Assembly (NCBI RefSeq): GCF_009914755.1
Contig: NC_060941.1
Length of the DNA: 64,000 nucleotides
Source of the DNA: the human T2T-CHM13v2.0 reference genome, Homo sapiens
Reading direction: 5' to 3' (one strand)
The notes under the pieces: generated by a model
What the model was told of the DNA's origin: nothing
The model's input: the letters and a program-made list of their open reading frames with translations, nothing else
Databases searched by the model: none
Made by a program: the position numbers and the translations under genes
Shown here: in pieces, positions 29,587 to 45,300 of the stretch
How the letters are laid out: every line of letters begins with the position of its first letter
Position numbering within the stretch: position 1 is the stretch's first letter

Positions 29587-31349
29587 TTACTAATACCATG
29601 GTTTTGTAAAACTTTGTTCTACCGGTAATACAAACTCCCTGTCTGCAGTCAATGCAAGGGCTGGCATCCATGCCACGGACACAGGAACCTGCTGGAAGCC
29701 GGCAGGGGAAGAAAGGTCACATCCCTGAAGCAGCAGCTGCCTGGGGCCTGGAGCAGGGCAACGGGGCGTGGATTCTCTTAAAGGTGAGTGTGCAGGCAGG
29801 GGGAGGGCGGAAAGATGGGGGCAAGGGGTGGTGTGTCATAAAATGTCCTGAGGACATAAACTTTGCAGGGCCCAGCCCCCCACTCGCTGCTTGCGTTCAT
29901 TAGCACGGAGGCCGCAGACCCCCTCGGCAGACCCTGCCTATGCCTGCCCTGGGCTCCTGGAGGACTCCTGCTGGGGGCCGGAGGGCTGCCTGGCGCCGCT
30001 GGGCGAGCAACTTCAGGGATGGAGCCAGGCCAGCGCCGGCTCCCCACACATGGTCATTACCTCCCGAAAACCCAGGAGTTATTACAATTAAAACACGTTG
30101 CAGGGGGGAGTGAGGGCTGGGGGAGGTCCCTTTAGGAAGGAACACTGGGATTAGAAGAAATTAGAGCAGTTGTCTTGGCAACGCAGCCAGGCTGGGCCTA
30201 CCCTGTGATTATTTCAATGGGAACAGCAGGATGGGGGCTGAGTGGGGCTGGGATAGGGGGTGCTGGAGACCCATGTACCCAGCTGCATGGGTGAGAGCTG
30301 TGCTCTGCTCTCAGAATGGGACTCAGCAGCCAGGGAAAACGCTCCCCAGGGTGATTCCTGCCGGCTGTCCTGTTCTCTGTAATTGCTACTTATCCCGTGA
30401 AACACTGAGTAGATGGCCCTCTGTCCTCCAGGGAGTTCAAACCCCAGACCTCTGTGATCCTTTTCTTTTTAAAACAGAACTCTCCCAAGAGGGCCCCCGC
30501 TCTCCCGGCTTCATGGGTGGAAATGGCCCGGCCTGGTTTCCTATCAGTTCAACTCTGGCCGTTCAGAGCCGCAGGTCAAACCCAACCATCCCTTTTTCTA
30601 GGTGGCCTCGAAGCAAGGTGGAATAGAAAGCACAAGAGGTGTGCATGGCGGGAGAGGCAGGAGAGCTGGGGGAGTGAAAACGTTTTGGAAGTAGGCCCAT
30701 GATAATGAGCAAGATGGAATCTGTGCCTGGGACACCTCCAGGCACCAGCACGGGATTGGGGTCTCTACGGAATGGGAATCCCGGTCTGGCAGAGCTACAG
30801 GGCCTGCGAAAGAGAAAACAGTAATTAGTTCTCCATCTTTCTGCTTGTCTCAGCAGCCCCGAGCATGTTTGGCAGACGGGCGAGGAGAACCTGTTTGGAA
30901 ACCACTGGGGGAGAAGAGGATGGGGTGAGGGGGGAAGGGACAGGAGGAAGAAGAATCCAGTCTCCAAGCTTCCGGGGGTAGTTCTTGGCAAATTCCCACA
31001 TCCCCAGTCTCATTTCCTCTGGAACTACCTTAGGGAGTCTAATAGCAGAGAGAGGCCTAGAAACACCAGACCCAGTACACCAGAAGTTTCAGGTGTACCA
31101 GGTGAGCGTTCCATGTGGAAGGTTAACTGGACCGGAGGCAAGGCCCCCTCAGAACCCAAAGCTGGAGATCTCTGAGCTGCCTAAGCCCAGCCAGGAGATG
31201 ACATTTAGGAACATTCTCTTCCTAGCCTCCCCGTCCCTTTTGAAAACTGATGATTTCCAACCTCAGGTAGCCACTGTCGGTTGTTTGGGGCCTTCAGGAG
31301 AGCTTTTCCTATTTGTATGTGCAAGGTCTGAGGTGTTCTGATGGAAAAC

Positions 31350-31612
31350 ACATGTTCTTAGAATTTGGCCTAAGTACAAGACTTAGCCACTGATTCCACG
31401 TGACCTTCAGCAACTCATTCAACATCTGTTTCCTTATCTATAAAAGTATCATCTAATTTACAGTGTCATCATGAAGGCTTGAAATAATGGACTTAAAATG
31501 CCTAGCTTTAGGGTAACAAGTCTTCCCCATTTGTCTAGGTCGGACGGGTTCCCAGGACTTTCAGGTTTAATGTCAGGCAGTCCCAGGTGAACGGGACAAG
31601 GTGGCCACCCTA
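31350..31612. mobile_element. MIR (+) followed by MER81-like hAT-Blackjack MITE (31510-31612)
   Basis: GTGACCTTCAGCAACTC...TGTTTCCTTATCTATAAAA; TIR-like TAGGGTAAC ... GGCCACCCTA. Confidence 0.65.
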
Positions 31613-32143
31613 CCAACTACTGAGTATGCATGAAGTGGTGGGGGCGGGGGGCAGCTATTTTATGTTGGGGTCTTACTCCTTTGTAAAATTCTTGACACAT
31701 TCTGTGTATATAAGTGCAAAAAGTATATATACATACACACATCCATATACATGAACTTTCCAGAGATAAACTGGGAGGCAATTATTCGCATTTCAAAAAA
31801 AAAAAAAAAACCTCCACCTGGCAAAATGATAAAATCCAGCATCCTTCTGTACAAGATTGAGGCAGAGAAAGAGACTGTGTGTGATGGAAAATTCAGAGAT
31901 AATAAGCTGATGGATTGGAAAGCAATGAGAAATCATTTCTGAGAGCCTTTCATTTCTGGGGGAAACCCCAGCACTTTCAGAAGATTCTCTGTGCCCAGCT
32001 TTGCTGGACTCTCTCTAGCTACAGAGCCCAGTGCACCTATAGCATGGCTCCTTCGTGCATTGGCAGGAGATCACCAGCAGCCATTGGTCTGGGGAAGTGC
32101 TGTCAGGCTGGGGGTCAGAGGAGAGGGTCAAAAGCCTCCATGA

Positions 32144-32692
<549 letters not shown>

Positions 32693-34129
32693 TAGGAGGG
32701 AAAGGAAGATGATAAAAAGATCGCAATACCCTCCCCATTCCCCCAGCTTCAAAACTCAGAGGCGACGGCTGAATAATGCAGGCAGCTTGGTCTGGTGGGG
32801 GATCTTCAGAAGCAATGGAATCACGTGGAGCAGGCCAAGCTGAGACCCTAACCCGGCTCCACCACAACCCACCTCAGCCTGGGCTCCAGGGTCTGCAGGT
32901 GCAAGCCACCAGCTGAGCAAGGGGTAAGGGGAGGTGCAATGAGGGCCTTCTGGCTGTCCTCCCCTCTTTTGTCCTCCCCTCCCCACCACCACCTGATGCT
33001 TTCAGGTGAAACCTGAGCCATGTGGCTACAACCACAATCAGTTTAATGAGCTTCATTCACTCCCAGTCTAAATCGGGAAGAAAAAAGGCCCCGCTGGAAA
33101 CACATCCTGTCTCCTCCTCGGTGAGGTGACAGTGGGGCCGGGCACAGCAAGGGGGAAGGATATTAGAAGGTGCTGAAAAGGGAGAGCTCTCCCTTCTCCC
33201 CATTGGAGGGATCAAAGCCTTTATTTAATGTGGCCAGAGCAGATCACAGAGCCTCCAGGAGTGCTGGCTCCTCCCTGGCATCCCAGCCTCCCTGAGGCTC
33301 ATAGGCTCACGTGGTCCCAGATTCCAGCAGGCCAGCCCCATGGAGGCTAAGATTGCATCCTAGGGAGCAAACGGTGGCTGCCGGAAGTAGCCCAACCTTG
33401 CCAGACCACATAAGGCTGGAGACACAGGCAGCAGGATGGTGTGTTGAGGGGGTGGGGAGGGGCTTGGCAGTGATGCCTGGGTTTATTTCTTGGATTGTTA
33501 TTTTGGTGAGAGGTGCCCTCAACATCTTGGATAACTAAGGCTGGGTCCTGCATGGAAGAGAGAGCTGAACCAAAGGTTATGTGACCACACAATGTCCCCC
33601 CATCTCTATCCGAGCCTATTTCTGCCATCGCATTTACCAAACTACTTTGACATCCTCTCTTTCCTTGCCCCTCTTCTTCTCTCTCTTTCACCTCTTAGAA
33701 GGCAAGACTGAGCTTTTTTTCGTGCCTTTGTATCCCATGCAGACAGTAAGCACTAAATAAATGTTTGCTTACCTAAATAGATTCTTTACAGCTTTATCAT
33801 GATCCATGTCTTGGGAGAGAATCTCCCTGGCCGACAGGCCAAATCCCAGGAGTCCAGACAGAGCCTCCAGGCCTCTTCCTACCTCTTGCCTCCACTTTTC
33901 TACACATTTCGCCAAAGGAGGCTGGGAACTCGCTCCACTACTGTGCCACACCAATTAACAACAACAACAAAAAACACAAGCCATAGAGGAGGAAAAGTAG
34001 CAAAGGAAAAAAAAAAAACAGACAAGGAGGAATGAAATGTGCATGTGTACACATATAATACGAGTTAGCCTATCCCAAAGCCCCCTGGACAGAAACCAAA
34101 CAGGAAATCGAGAATCATTACCAAATGCA

Positions 34130-34460
34130 CTTCCCCGGCTCGCCCAGCTCCTGGCCCCCAGGAGTGGGTCAAGGATGCGCAGACGCAGCTCCCGGGGCCT
34201 AGGAGCCCCGGGAGGGCGGGGCTTTGATGGATTGATTGGCATTTCCTTCCCCCGCTACCCTCCTGACCTCTGGGGAGGGCGTCTCCGTGGATGGCTGGTG
34301 GGATGGGGCGGAAGCCTCTTGTTGCGGACACCGCCCGGGAGCAGCGGGGCTGGAGCTTTGCCACTCAGGCCTCCCACGGTGCTGGAGCAGAAGGTGACCG
34401 GCAGCTGGCCTCCCTCACCCCACTCCACAGAGAGCTGTGTGATGGCCCGGGCTTTGAGGT
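34130..34460. promoter_or_regulatory. Small CpG-rich promoter/enhancer-like element
   Basis: NRF1-like TGCGCAGACGCA (34176), GC box GGGCGGGGC (34214), TGATTGGC CCAAT box (34233-34240), GGGGCGGAAG (34305); repeat-free, CpG retained. Confidence 0.5.
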
Positions 34461-34690
34461 CAAGACCTTCTGCTCTTAAGAAAACAGATCTGAAATTTTG
34501 GCATCAAAATAAAATATGTGCAGAGGAAATAAGTAACCCTTGGAGCGCAAGGCAGGCCATAAGATTGAAATAAAATGTCCAAGCAGAAACCAGAGCTAGG
34601 TGGCCATAGGTTCAAGTTCATCCCGGCTGGGTCATTCCTTTTGCTCTGAGCTCTATGGAGGACTGAACCCTTGCTCGGTGCACTCTGCCT

Positions 34691-34908
34691 CAGCAATCCA
34701 TCAAGCTGTTTCTGTAAAGGACCAGAGAGTAAATATTTCAGGCGCTGTGGACCATCTCTGTTGCCACTATGCAGCTCTGCCCGTTGCATGAACGGAGCCA
34801 CAGACCATACATAAATCAATGGTTATAGCTGTGTTCCCACGAAACTTTATTTATAAAAACAGACAGCTGTTCAGATTTGGCTTATGGGCTATATTTTACC
34901 AACCCCTG
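34691..34908 (+). mobile_element. MER58A (hAT-Charlie)
   Basis: TTTCTGTAAAGGACCAGAGAGTAAATATTT...AAACTTTATTTATAAAAACAG...ACCCCTG. Confidence 0.9.
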
Positions 34909-34934
34909 GCGTAGATCATGAAGACAACAGAATG

Positions 34935-35165
34935 ATATAATGGTTCAAGGATATGGGCTTTGAAGTCAGGCAAACCCAGTTCCAATCTCTGTCCAAGACT
35001 TATTACTGCTGTCATCTTGGGCAAGTCACTTAACTCAATCAAGCTCAATTTCCTCATCTGTAAAATAGGATAATAATGCCTGCCTCACCAGGTTACTGTG
35101 ATGATTAAATGATCTAATGAATGTAAAGTGCTTGACACTCAATAAATGCTGGCTGTTAATCATTC
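34935..35165 (+). mobile_element. MIR, near full length
   Basis: CTTGGGCAAGTCACTTAAC...TTTCCTCATCTGTAAAATAGG...CTCAATAAATGCTGGCTG. Confidence 0.9.
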
Positions 35166-35380
35166 TCATTATGAGGAGAATTAAGTAGAATTGAGGGGAG
35201 GTAATTTTGAGCCTTTCACTGTTAGTTACTGCTATTGTTACTGGAAAGCTCCTGCACACCTGAGTAATGAGGGCTGGCAGTGTCTTTCTGTGCAAAAATT
35301 TATTTCCTACAATTTAATATTCCACAGATTCACTGCATGCTATTAAGTCAGTGGTTGCATATTAGAATCATCTGAGAACC

Positions 35381-35678
35381 TTTTTTTTTTTTTTTTTTTG
35401 AGACGGAGTCTCGCTCTGTCGCCCAGGCTGGAGTGCAGTGGCACGATCGGCTGTCTGCAAGCTCCGCCTCCCGGGTTCAGGCCATTCTTCTGCCTCAGCC
35501 TCCCGAGCAGCTGGGACCACAGGCACACGCCACCACACCCAGCTAATTTTTTGTATTTTTAGTAGAGACAGGGTTTCGCCGTGCTAGCCAGGATGGTCTC
35601 GATCTCCTGACCTCGTGATCCGCCCACCTCTGCCTCCCAAAGTGCTGGGATTACAGGCTTGAGCCACCATGCCTGGCC
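35381..35678 (-). mobile_element. AluY
   Basis: GCAAGCTCCGCC, GCCATTCT, AGCCAGGATGGTCTCGATCTC; TSD CATCTGAGAA. Confidence 0.96.
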
Positions 35679-36096
35679 CATCTGAGAAGTTTTTAAATCT
35701 CCTTGCCCAGGCTGCAACCTAGACCAATCAAACCAGAAGCTCTGCGAGTAAGACACCGCCAGGCATCACTATAGTTTAAAACTCCCTGGATGATTCCAGT
35801 GTGAAGCCTAAGTGGAGAACCACTGGGCTACGTAGCTGAAAAGAACAGGGGAGAGTCCTTTTGTTCCTTACTACTCAAGAGGGCGTCCAGGGACCAGCAC
35901 CATCAGCATCGCCTGGGAGCTTGTGAGACGTGCCGAATGTCAGGCCCCCCACCCTAGACCTGCTGAATGTGAATCTGCCTTTTGACAGAATCCCCAGGGA
36001 CTGGGGTGCATATCTAGTTTGAGGAATATAGCTGTTCCACAGGCACCCGAACTTGGCTCATGAGCAGAATAACATGCAAAGTTTTAAAAATTACTA

Positions 36097-36425
<329 letters not shown>

Positions 36426-36499
36426 TAATTTCTAGACTTCATCACCAACTCACTGAATCAAAATCATTGTTGGGTAGCCCAGGGATTGGTACTTTTCCC

Positions 36500-36735
36500 C
36501 AACGTTTTATTTGAAAAATTTCAGACATACAGAAATGTTGTACCCACATACTTACCACCCAGATCCTGTGATTGTCAAGATTTTGCTACATGTACTTTAT
36601 CACAAATCTATGCGTTTATCCTCCGTTTATCTATCCATCAATCCAACTCATTTTTTCAACGCATGTCAAAGTAAATTGCAGGCATTAGGACACTTCATCT
36701 CTAAACACTTCAGTGTGCACATCATTAATTTTTAA
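36500..36735 (-). mobile_element. Old L1M 3' fragment
   Basis: TTTTATTTGAAAAATTTCAGACATACAGAAA...ACCACCCAGAT. Confidence 0.65.
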
Positions 36736-37376
36736 CAAGGTCTGTAATTGATTCCTGGGCTGTGAACCCAACATCCTACCTTGGGCATTCAGGAGTTATT
36801 AATCTAGTGACAATCTCTCTGTCCTGAGGGGACAGTAGCTAAGACATTAGAGAACAGTCACTCACCACTGTCTGTATTCTATCTCTTAGTATTTAGTTAA
36901 CAATGGCATTAAGTGTCTTTAGCCATGTCTCCTAAACCTTCCCTGGTGTTTTTCCTCCAAAGAAATATCTCCAGGCAAAACACTCTACAGTCTTTCCATG
37001 TTCCCTTTGTAGAGACTAAGCTGAGTCTCCCACTGTAGTTATCAATTCTGCAGCCAACAGCCTTAAAGGGGCCTGAGAGACAGGATGCTATATCATCTTT
37101 GCTTCTGAATTTTGGCATATCATCGGTCAGGGTGCAGCAATTTCACCTACACATCTGGCTTTCCCTCCGTCTTGGGTTTTCTTTTGACAAGCACCTGTCT
37201 AATACAAAAATCCAAGCCCTGTCAGGGCTGATGTGAACTCTAATAAGAGATATTTTTCTGGCTAGGTCAACCCAAAAAGGAGGCTGGCCCTAGGACACAA
37301 GGCAGGATCACTCATTGTGATCAACAATTCAAGATCTTTTGAGAAAGAGGCTGACCATTCCACTACTGCACCCAGA

Positions 37377-37643
37377 TTTTTTTTTTTTTTTTTTTTTTTG
37401 AGACAAGTTCTTGCTCTGTCTCCCAGGCTGGAGTGCAGTGATGCAATCATGACTCACTGAAGCCTCAGCCTCCTGAGTAGCTGGGCCTACAGGTGCAGAC
37501 CACCATGCCCAACTAATTATTTTTTTAGAGATGGGGTCTCACTATGTTGCCCAGGCTGGTCTCAAACTCCTGGCGTCAAGCAATCCTCCCTCCTTGACCT
37601 CCCAAAGTGCTGGAATTACAGGAGTGAGCCATTGTGCCCAGCC
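37377..37643 (-). mobile_element. AluJ with internal deletions
   Basis: Reverse Alu; TSD CTGCACCCAG(A/C)TTTT. Confidence 0.95.
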
Positions 37644-38262
37644 TGCACCCAGCTTTTTAGGACTCTTCCAGAATCCCTGAGGTGGGGCTGCAGTTAGTAC
37701 CAATTCAGTCTGTATTCTTCTGCTCCTCCCCAAGGTACTTGGATAGCCGCCAACGCTCATGGGATAAATTAATAGGAGTTACTGCCCCTAAAGAATTGCC
37801 TAACCACTTCCAAATGCTCTCTTCCAACAGTCTAGGAGAGGGCTGTCTCAGAGTCTGAACACACACAAGCCCCAAGTCGCTCTATGTCATAGATAGAGAC
37901 AGCTGGGTCACAAATAGTGTCATACATCAGCATTTCCACCTACAAACATGAAAAGACACATGGGCTCCTCACTTCCAACCTTGCTCACTATTTTGCAGGC
38001 CACCCACTCTCTGTTTGCATGGGGCCTCTAACCTTGAAACCCGACACCCTCCTTTCAGGAGCCACCCATGTTTAAACAAATAAATACCCCAAAGTAACCC
38101 ACTCCCTGGTGGTACTCAAATAAATGGCCCAGGAAGGAGGATGGGGGGAGGGGGACTCCTGGGCCTCCTATGCCACTGGCCTGCCACAGAGCATCCTTGG
38201 GCCACTGCTATGCACAGGGCCACATAGAGGGACAGCATAGGTGAGGGGAGAGTTTGCCGTCA

Positions 38263-38678
<416 letters not shown>

Positions 38679-39390
38679 TTACTCAACCATAAGCCTTTAA
38701 ATTCCTCTGGCCAGGGAGGGAGAGCTAAGAACCATTTGGTGGGTGGAGAGGAACAGGGATCAGTTATTTGATGAGTCAGAAACGCTTAAATGTAGTTCCG
38801 AGACTCTGCAGTTCTCACTCCTGCAGTGAGAAGGGGAGGGGTGGAGAGAAGTGGGAGAGGGAGACCCACAAGTCCAAAAATCTCCTTGTCTCTGGTTCAG
38901 TGGCGAGAACCACTGAAATGTCTTTGTTTCATGGAACGTGGAAAGCTAGGAATAAAGTCGCTGCTTTGTCACGAGTCAGTTGGTCAACGGAGTTGCTGCT
39001 ATATTATTTAGGATATTTTAAAATCCTAAAAAGGATTTTAAAGCATAAGGAAGAAGATGACAATGGTCTGCTTCAGAGCTGTGGACAGCTTCCTATGAAG
39101 GAAAGGAAGGAGAAGAGATGTTCTCAAGGGTTGGCCTAGTCAGTTTATAGATGAGCAAGGAAAGTGTGAACTAGATTATACTAGAAAGCTGGCCCCATCC
39201 CCCTAAGTGTGTAAGGAAGTGAGGAGGAAAAAGGAGACCACGTTTCAAAAATAAACACAAACCCCAAAATAAACACTGTTAATGGAAGTGACTAATCAAG
39301 GGTGTGCTGAACTTGGTGGTTATTGATAAGATACAGGGAGAAACGTACTTGGAAAAAATAACAGATCCCCCCTTACCTTTTGGTAAATAA

Positions 39391-39996
<606 letters not shown>

Positions 39997-40571
39997 GTTT
40001 ATAATATGGGGCATAGCTCCTCTCAGTGAGAGATGGCTTACCATGACTTAGGGCTTGGCCTAAGCAAAATTTGAGGCTAATTCAGCATCTGTACTGCAGG
40101 CCTAGAATTTGTCATTCTGCGGCACTTCTCACTGTAGCCTGTTTTCCCCCTCCAGGGCCTCTGGCCGCTCTGCACTCCTGGCAGTCGGGGAGAAAACAAT
40201 GAAAGGATGTGCCAGAGCCCCCATGCCCACCTTTGGCATGTATGGCTCTGTGGGTGCAGGATGGGTGAGTAGAGGTGCCTTCCTGCAGGGGGAGTGGAGA
40301 GACAGCAGGAAACACCATATCTGCCTGGAAGCTGCAGCCCCGTGTGAGGCCACAAGTCTAGTATCGTAACCCCTGGGGATGGATTTCAACCCCCACTCAC
40401 CCCATCTGGCCTGGCACCTGTGGGCATTATGTAAACCGCAGCCCTGATTGTACGATGACTCAGCTAGAATGTACCCTTTGCAGTTGTCCTCATCCTCTCT
40501 CTTCGTATCACTGAAGAACAGAAGACCAGAGAGGTGAAAAGAAAGTCTACAGTGGCTAGCTGTTTGGGTCC

Positions 40572-41003
40572 GGATGAGTTTCCTCTTACTGCTGCAACAA
40601 ATGGCCATAAACTTAGCAGCTTAAATCAGGACAAACCTATTATCTTCAATTCTGGAGATTAGAATTTCAAAATCGGTCTCAGTGAGTCAAAATCAAGGCA
40701 TCAGCAGGGCTGTACTCTTACATAGGCTCTAGAGGACGATCCGTGTCCCTGCCTTTTCCAGCTTTTTCTAAAGGCCACCTGCATTCCTGGCCTCATGGCC
40801 CCTTCCACCATCTTCAAAGCCAGGACTACAGCATCTACAAATCTCTGACTCTCCTGCCTCTCTCTTAAAGGGACTGTTGAAATTACCCTGGGCTTAACCA
40901 AGAATTATCTCCCTGTCTCAAGAAACTTAACTTGATTACATGTTCATGGATTCCAGGGAGCAGGACATGGGTATCTTTGGGGACCATTATTCTGTCTACC
41001 ACA
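40572..41003 (-). mobile_element. MLT1C/D LTR
   Basis: GCTGCAACAAATGGCCATAAACTTAG...CATCTTCAAAGCCAG...ATTATTCTGTCTACCACA. Confidence 0.85.
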
Positions 41004-41158
41004 TGGACAAAGCCAATACTCAGCTCAGATTTCCAATTCCAAGTCCAGTGGGTTTCTGCTTGGGACTGCACTGAGAGCAAGACCATACGCACAGGATTGC
41101 ACAGAAGAGCTGGCATTTTGGCTTTTATGGGAGAGGTCTTCTCAATGGTCCTCCTTAA

Positions 41159-41527
<369 letters not shown>

Positions 41528-41991
41528 TGAGCCTTCTTACCACGAAAACAGAGGCCGAAACCTGTAGATGTCTACTAAGGCCGTCGGTCATTAAAGCAAT
41601 TATTGCCAGCCAAGAAAGCCTTCAAGGCCCACCGCAATCCAGATAGGCTAGCCAGGAACCTCCATGGAGTGAGCTATAACATGATGGGGTTTTATTCAAT
41701 GGAGGATTTGTCTACTGAAGGAGGGAGGAACACTTGACTGAGTCAACTCAATAGTTCAACAAATGTTCTTTCAGATTCTGACCTAGGTACAGAATGCCAG
41801 TGAGAAGTAAGAACAGCCCTGGGCCTCACAACCTGGGGCAGTGGGTGTTGCTCTCATTGTCTTCACTTTATAAGTGAAGAAACAGACTTAGATCACAAGG
41901 GCAAGAGCAAAGGAGTCAGAATTAAACTCAGACCTGCCTAACCCTACAATTTGACTCTTAACTGTGTCACTATTTGGAATTCCATGGGACC

Positions 41992-42339
41992 TGTATTAGT
42001 CTGTTCTCATGCTGCTATGAAGAAATACTCGAGACTGGGTAATTTATGAAGAAAACAGGTTTAATTGACTCACAGTTCCATATGGCTGGGGAGGCCTCAG
42101 GAAACTTACAATCATGGCAGAAAGCACCTCTTCACAGGGTGGCAGGAGAGAGAATGAGAGCCAGCAGGGGAAATGCCATAGGCTTATAAAACCATCAGAT
42201 CTTGTGATAACTCACTCACTAGCATGAGAACAGCATGGGGGAAATCGCCCCCAAGATGCAATCACTTCCCACCGGGTCCCTCCCACAGGAACTACAATTC
42301 AAGATGAGATTTGGGTGAGGACACAACCAAACCATATCA
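41992..42339 (-). mobile_element. THE1B/C solo LTR
   Basis: TGTATTAGTCTGTTCTC ... CAAACCATATCA; TSD GGACC. Confidence 0.95.
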
Positions 42340-45300
42340 GGACCCATTCTATAAAAGATATGTAGGAAGTGCTTCCCCAGGAGTAAGGGTGATTACTTCT
42401 ACCTGGGGAAGGTTAGGGGAATGTTTATCAGGGAGATAGTAACACTAGCAATAGCTAACACATGAGCTGGATGTATGACTCAGGTCCTGTGCTCTGAGAG
42501 CTACATATATTAATGCATACCTCCCTCTCCCACAAAAAAAGAAAAGAAAACCAGTGAGGTCAGTACTACTACAATCTTCAAATTATATAGGAGGATGCTG
42601 AGATGCAGAGATATGAAGTAAACAGCCTTAAATCACACAACCAACACAAGGTGGGGCTGGAATTGAGATGCTATCCCATCTCCTTCCTCTGAGCATTAGA
42701 AAGGCATCTAGGAAGGGTCTAATCCTGAGCTGGAAAGGCATCCATGGGCTCTCTGTAGGGGCTCAGAAGGGCTAGACAGCCAGCCAGCTGGAAAGCAATG
42801 CGGCATCTCATGCATTTGAGCATGTACAGGTCACTAATGGCTGTGCACAAAAAGGACCCCAGCAGGAAGCCATCCACTGGCCCCTGGACCAACACTACCA
42901 GGATCTTATTTGTTAGGAGGGCCAGAAAAACAGAGCTCGTCAATGTGCAAGTACACAGCTCTCTGGCTGCTTCCATTGGTCTCAAAGTTGTCTTGTCCAG
43001 AGGGGCCATTGACTATGGTGCATTTTAAGGAGGAGAAGAGACATCCAGGATGCCAACTGGGGTCCAGGAGACACAGCCACCTGTCCCACGAGCTCCAGAG
43101 TGAGCCTGACATAGGGCAAGTGGAAGCCACTCCTCAGACTTCAAATTCCTCTTGCAAGACAAAGGCTAACATAGGGAAGAGTTGTAAAAGACACTGTTTC
43201 CAGAAATCCTCTGACCACCCACAACGGTCTTGGCTTACAGAGTTTGCAGTGACCTAATCTGTATTTAGCAATGCTATCCCTTTGGTGGAGGAGGGTAAAG
43301 ATTACCCAAATCCTGTAAGCAAAGCATCAACCACATCCTATGCTGTCTTCACTGACACACACCACTGTGCTGTCTAGGAATCAGGACAATCGTATGCCAC
43401 TGTGCACCCAGGAAGCCTGACCTGCTGTGTCCCGAGTCTCACTCAACAATGCACACTATGGCGGCAGGTGTTCACTGCGCCGGGGATTTTTATTGGGTGG
43501 ACTTGTGGAATTTAAAATCTCAGTTGCCTATCTCACCTTGAACAAGTAAAAATGGTTTCAGTTGCTTCTACCTTGCCCCATTTAAGTTTTCCCCAGAGAT
43601 GGGCTGCTGAGCAGAGCTGGTGGGGACGTGGGGGATGGTTATGGGCAGTGGAGAGACAGGGAAAGGTGACACCAGCCTACCTGGTCTGTCTTGCTCAAAG
43701 CCCTTTCCTTTCCCTCTCCATCTCCCCAACCCACGATTCAGAAAGCTGCAGTAGAATCGGCTTCCCTCAGCTGCCCTGATGCGTTCCTCCCCAGCGATCT
43801 GCTTTCTACAAAAAAAAAAAAAGTGTTCTAAATAGAGCGGAACTGAGCATGGGGCCGCAGCCCGGATGAAGTCTTCCCCTCCCTGGAGAGCCCAGCGTCT
43901 CACATGGAGGCTGGTCCACCCCCAGTGCCTCTTACTCAAAGCATTTTTGACCCGGGAGCACCCGACCTTGACTGAGTGCACAAAGCTACCACAAATGGAT
44001 TTTGCTTCTGCAGCATTTTGCCCGGGCTGGAGCCTTCCTCCCTCCCAGGCATCCCAGATGCCTTCTCTGGTCTCCTCTCCTTGCATCTGCCCTTACAGGC
44101 ATCTAGGGGATCCTATTCCAGGTGAGGACTTAAAGTTCTGCAGCAGTCAGAGTTCTCCAATAACTTGCCTGGTGAGACTGGATGGCTCAATTAACCCAAC
44201 TGGACCGCAGCATTCCCAAGACCGAGGTCTGAGAACTAGGACCACCAGCTCTCTCTCACAGGATTAGAGTGTTGGGTTATAATTTTTAAGTTAGAGTCTC
44301 CTGTTGCTCTCAAGGGGGCCTGAGCATCAGTCTGGGGGTGGGTCCCTTGACATTCCTCCTTGATTCTGGAAAAGTCTACCCAAAGCTCATACCCACCAGG
44401 TGCAGAGCCAGCAGCAGCTTTTTGGAATCAGCCATGGCACACACCTGGTTCTGTGCATTTCACCCATTAACACACACATCAAGAATCATTCCAATGCCAG
44501 CCAGGTTTATTAATGAGGTTCTCACACCCTCTGGAATAAGCATCCTATCCTTCAGTCCTCAAAAGACAGGGCTCCCAAAGGGGAGAGTGACTGGTGGTTT
44601 CTCTTACCACCATGACACCAACTCAACCCAGGTACCAAGCCTAGGCCAGCTGGCCCTGTGACAGCCCTGGACCATCTTTGGAAGAAGGGTGGAGGGGTGG
44701 CAATCTGGAAGGGAGGAGGTAGGCAAGCAGAGGTGGGAGGACTCAAGGGGAAGTCATGAGTCCCCCCTCTCCATCCCCACTTCCTGGGGCCTCCACTGAG
44801 TTAAAGCATAAGGAATCTGAAGCCAAACTGATTGTATGACCAGTCAATGAGTCAGTACCACCCTGCTCTTCATGGCCTCTCTGAGGTCAGCACCTCCAGG
44901 ATATCCGTTCACCCAACCAGGCAGAGGCAAGGAGTTTAGAAAGTGAAATTAACTATGGGGTATACCTCCTTCCTTCGCCATCCCAACACAGAAAGAAAAT
45001 AGAGGGAAGAGGGGAAGGAGGGGACTGGAGAGATAGCTTAAAGTGTGTAAACAGGAATCCTGGATTATACAATCCATTCATAAACAAGAATAACACTTGT
45101 TCAAAGACGGTTTTTCGGCTTTGTTTTTTGCCTCCTGTCATGCACTTCTGAGCTAGGAAATATCCGTTCTTCTCTATTCCCTTCCTCTCCAGTCTGTTTC
45201 AGAGCAAGAAGAAAACTTAAATGCTGAAACAAGGTATTTTTCCCCCTCTGGATGAACTGTTTTACAATAAGCTACCTGCTGGGGTCAGGAAACGTTAGAT

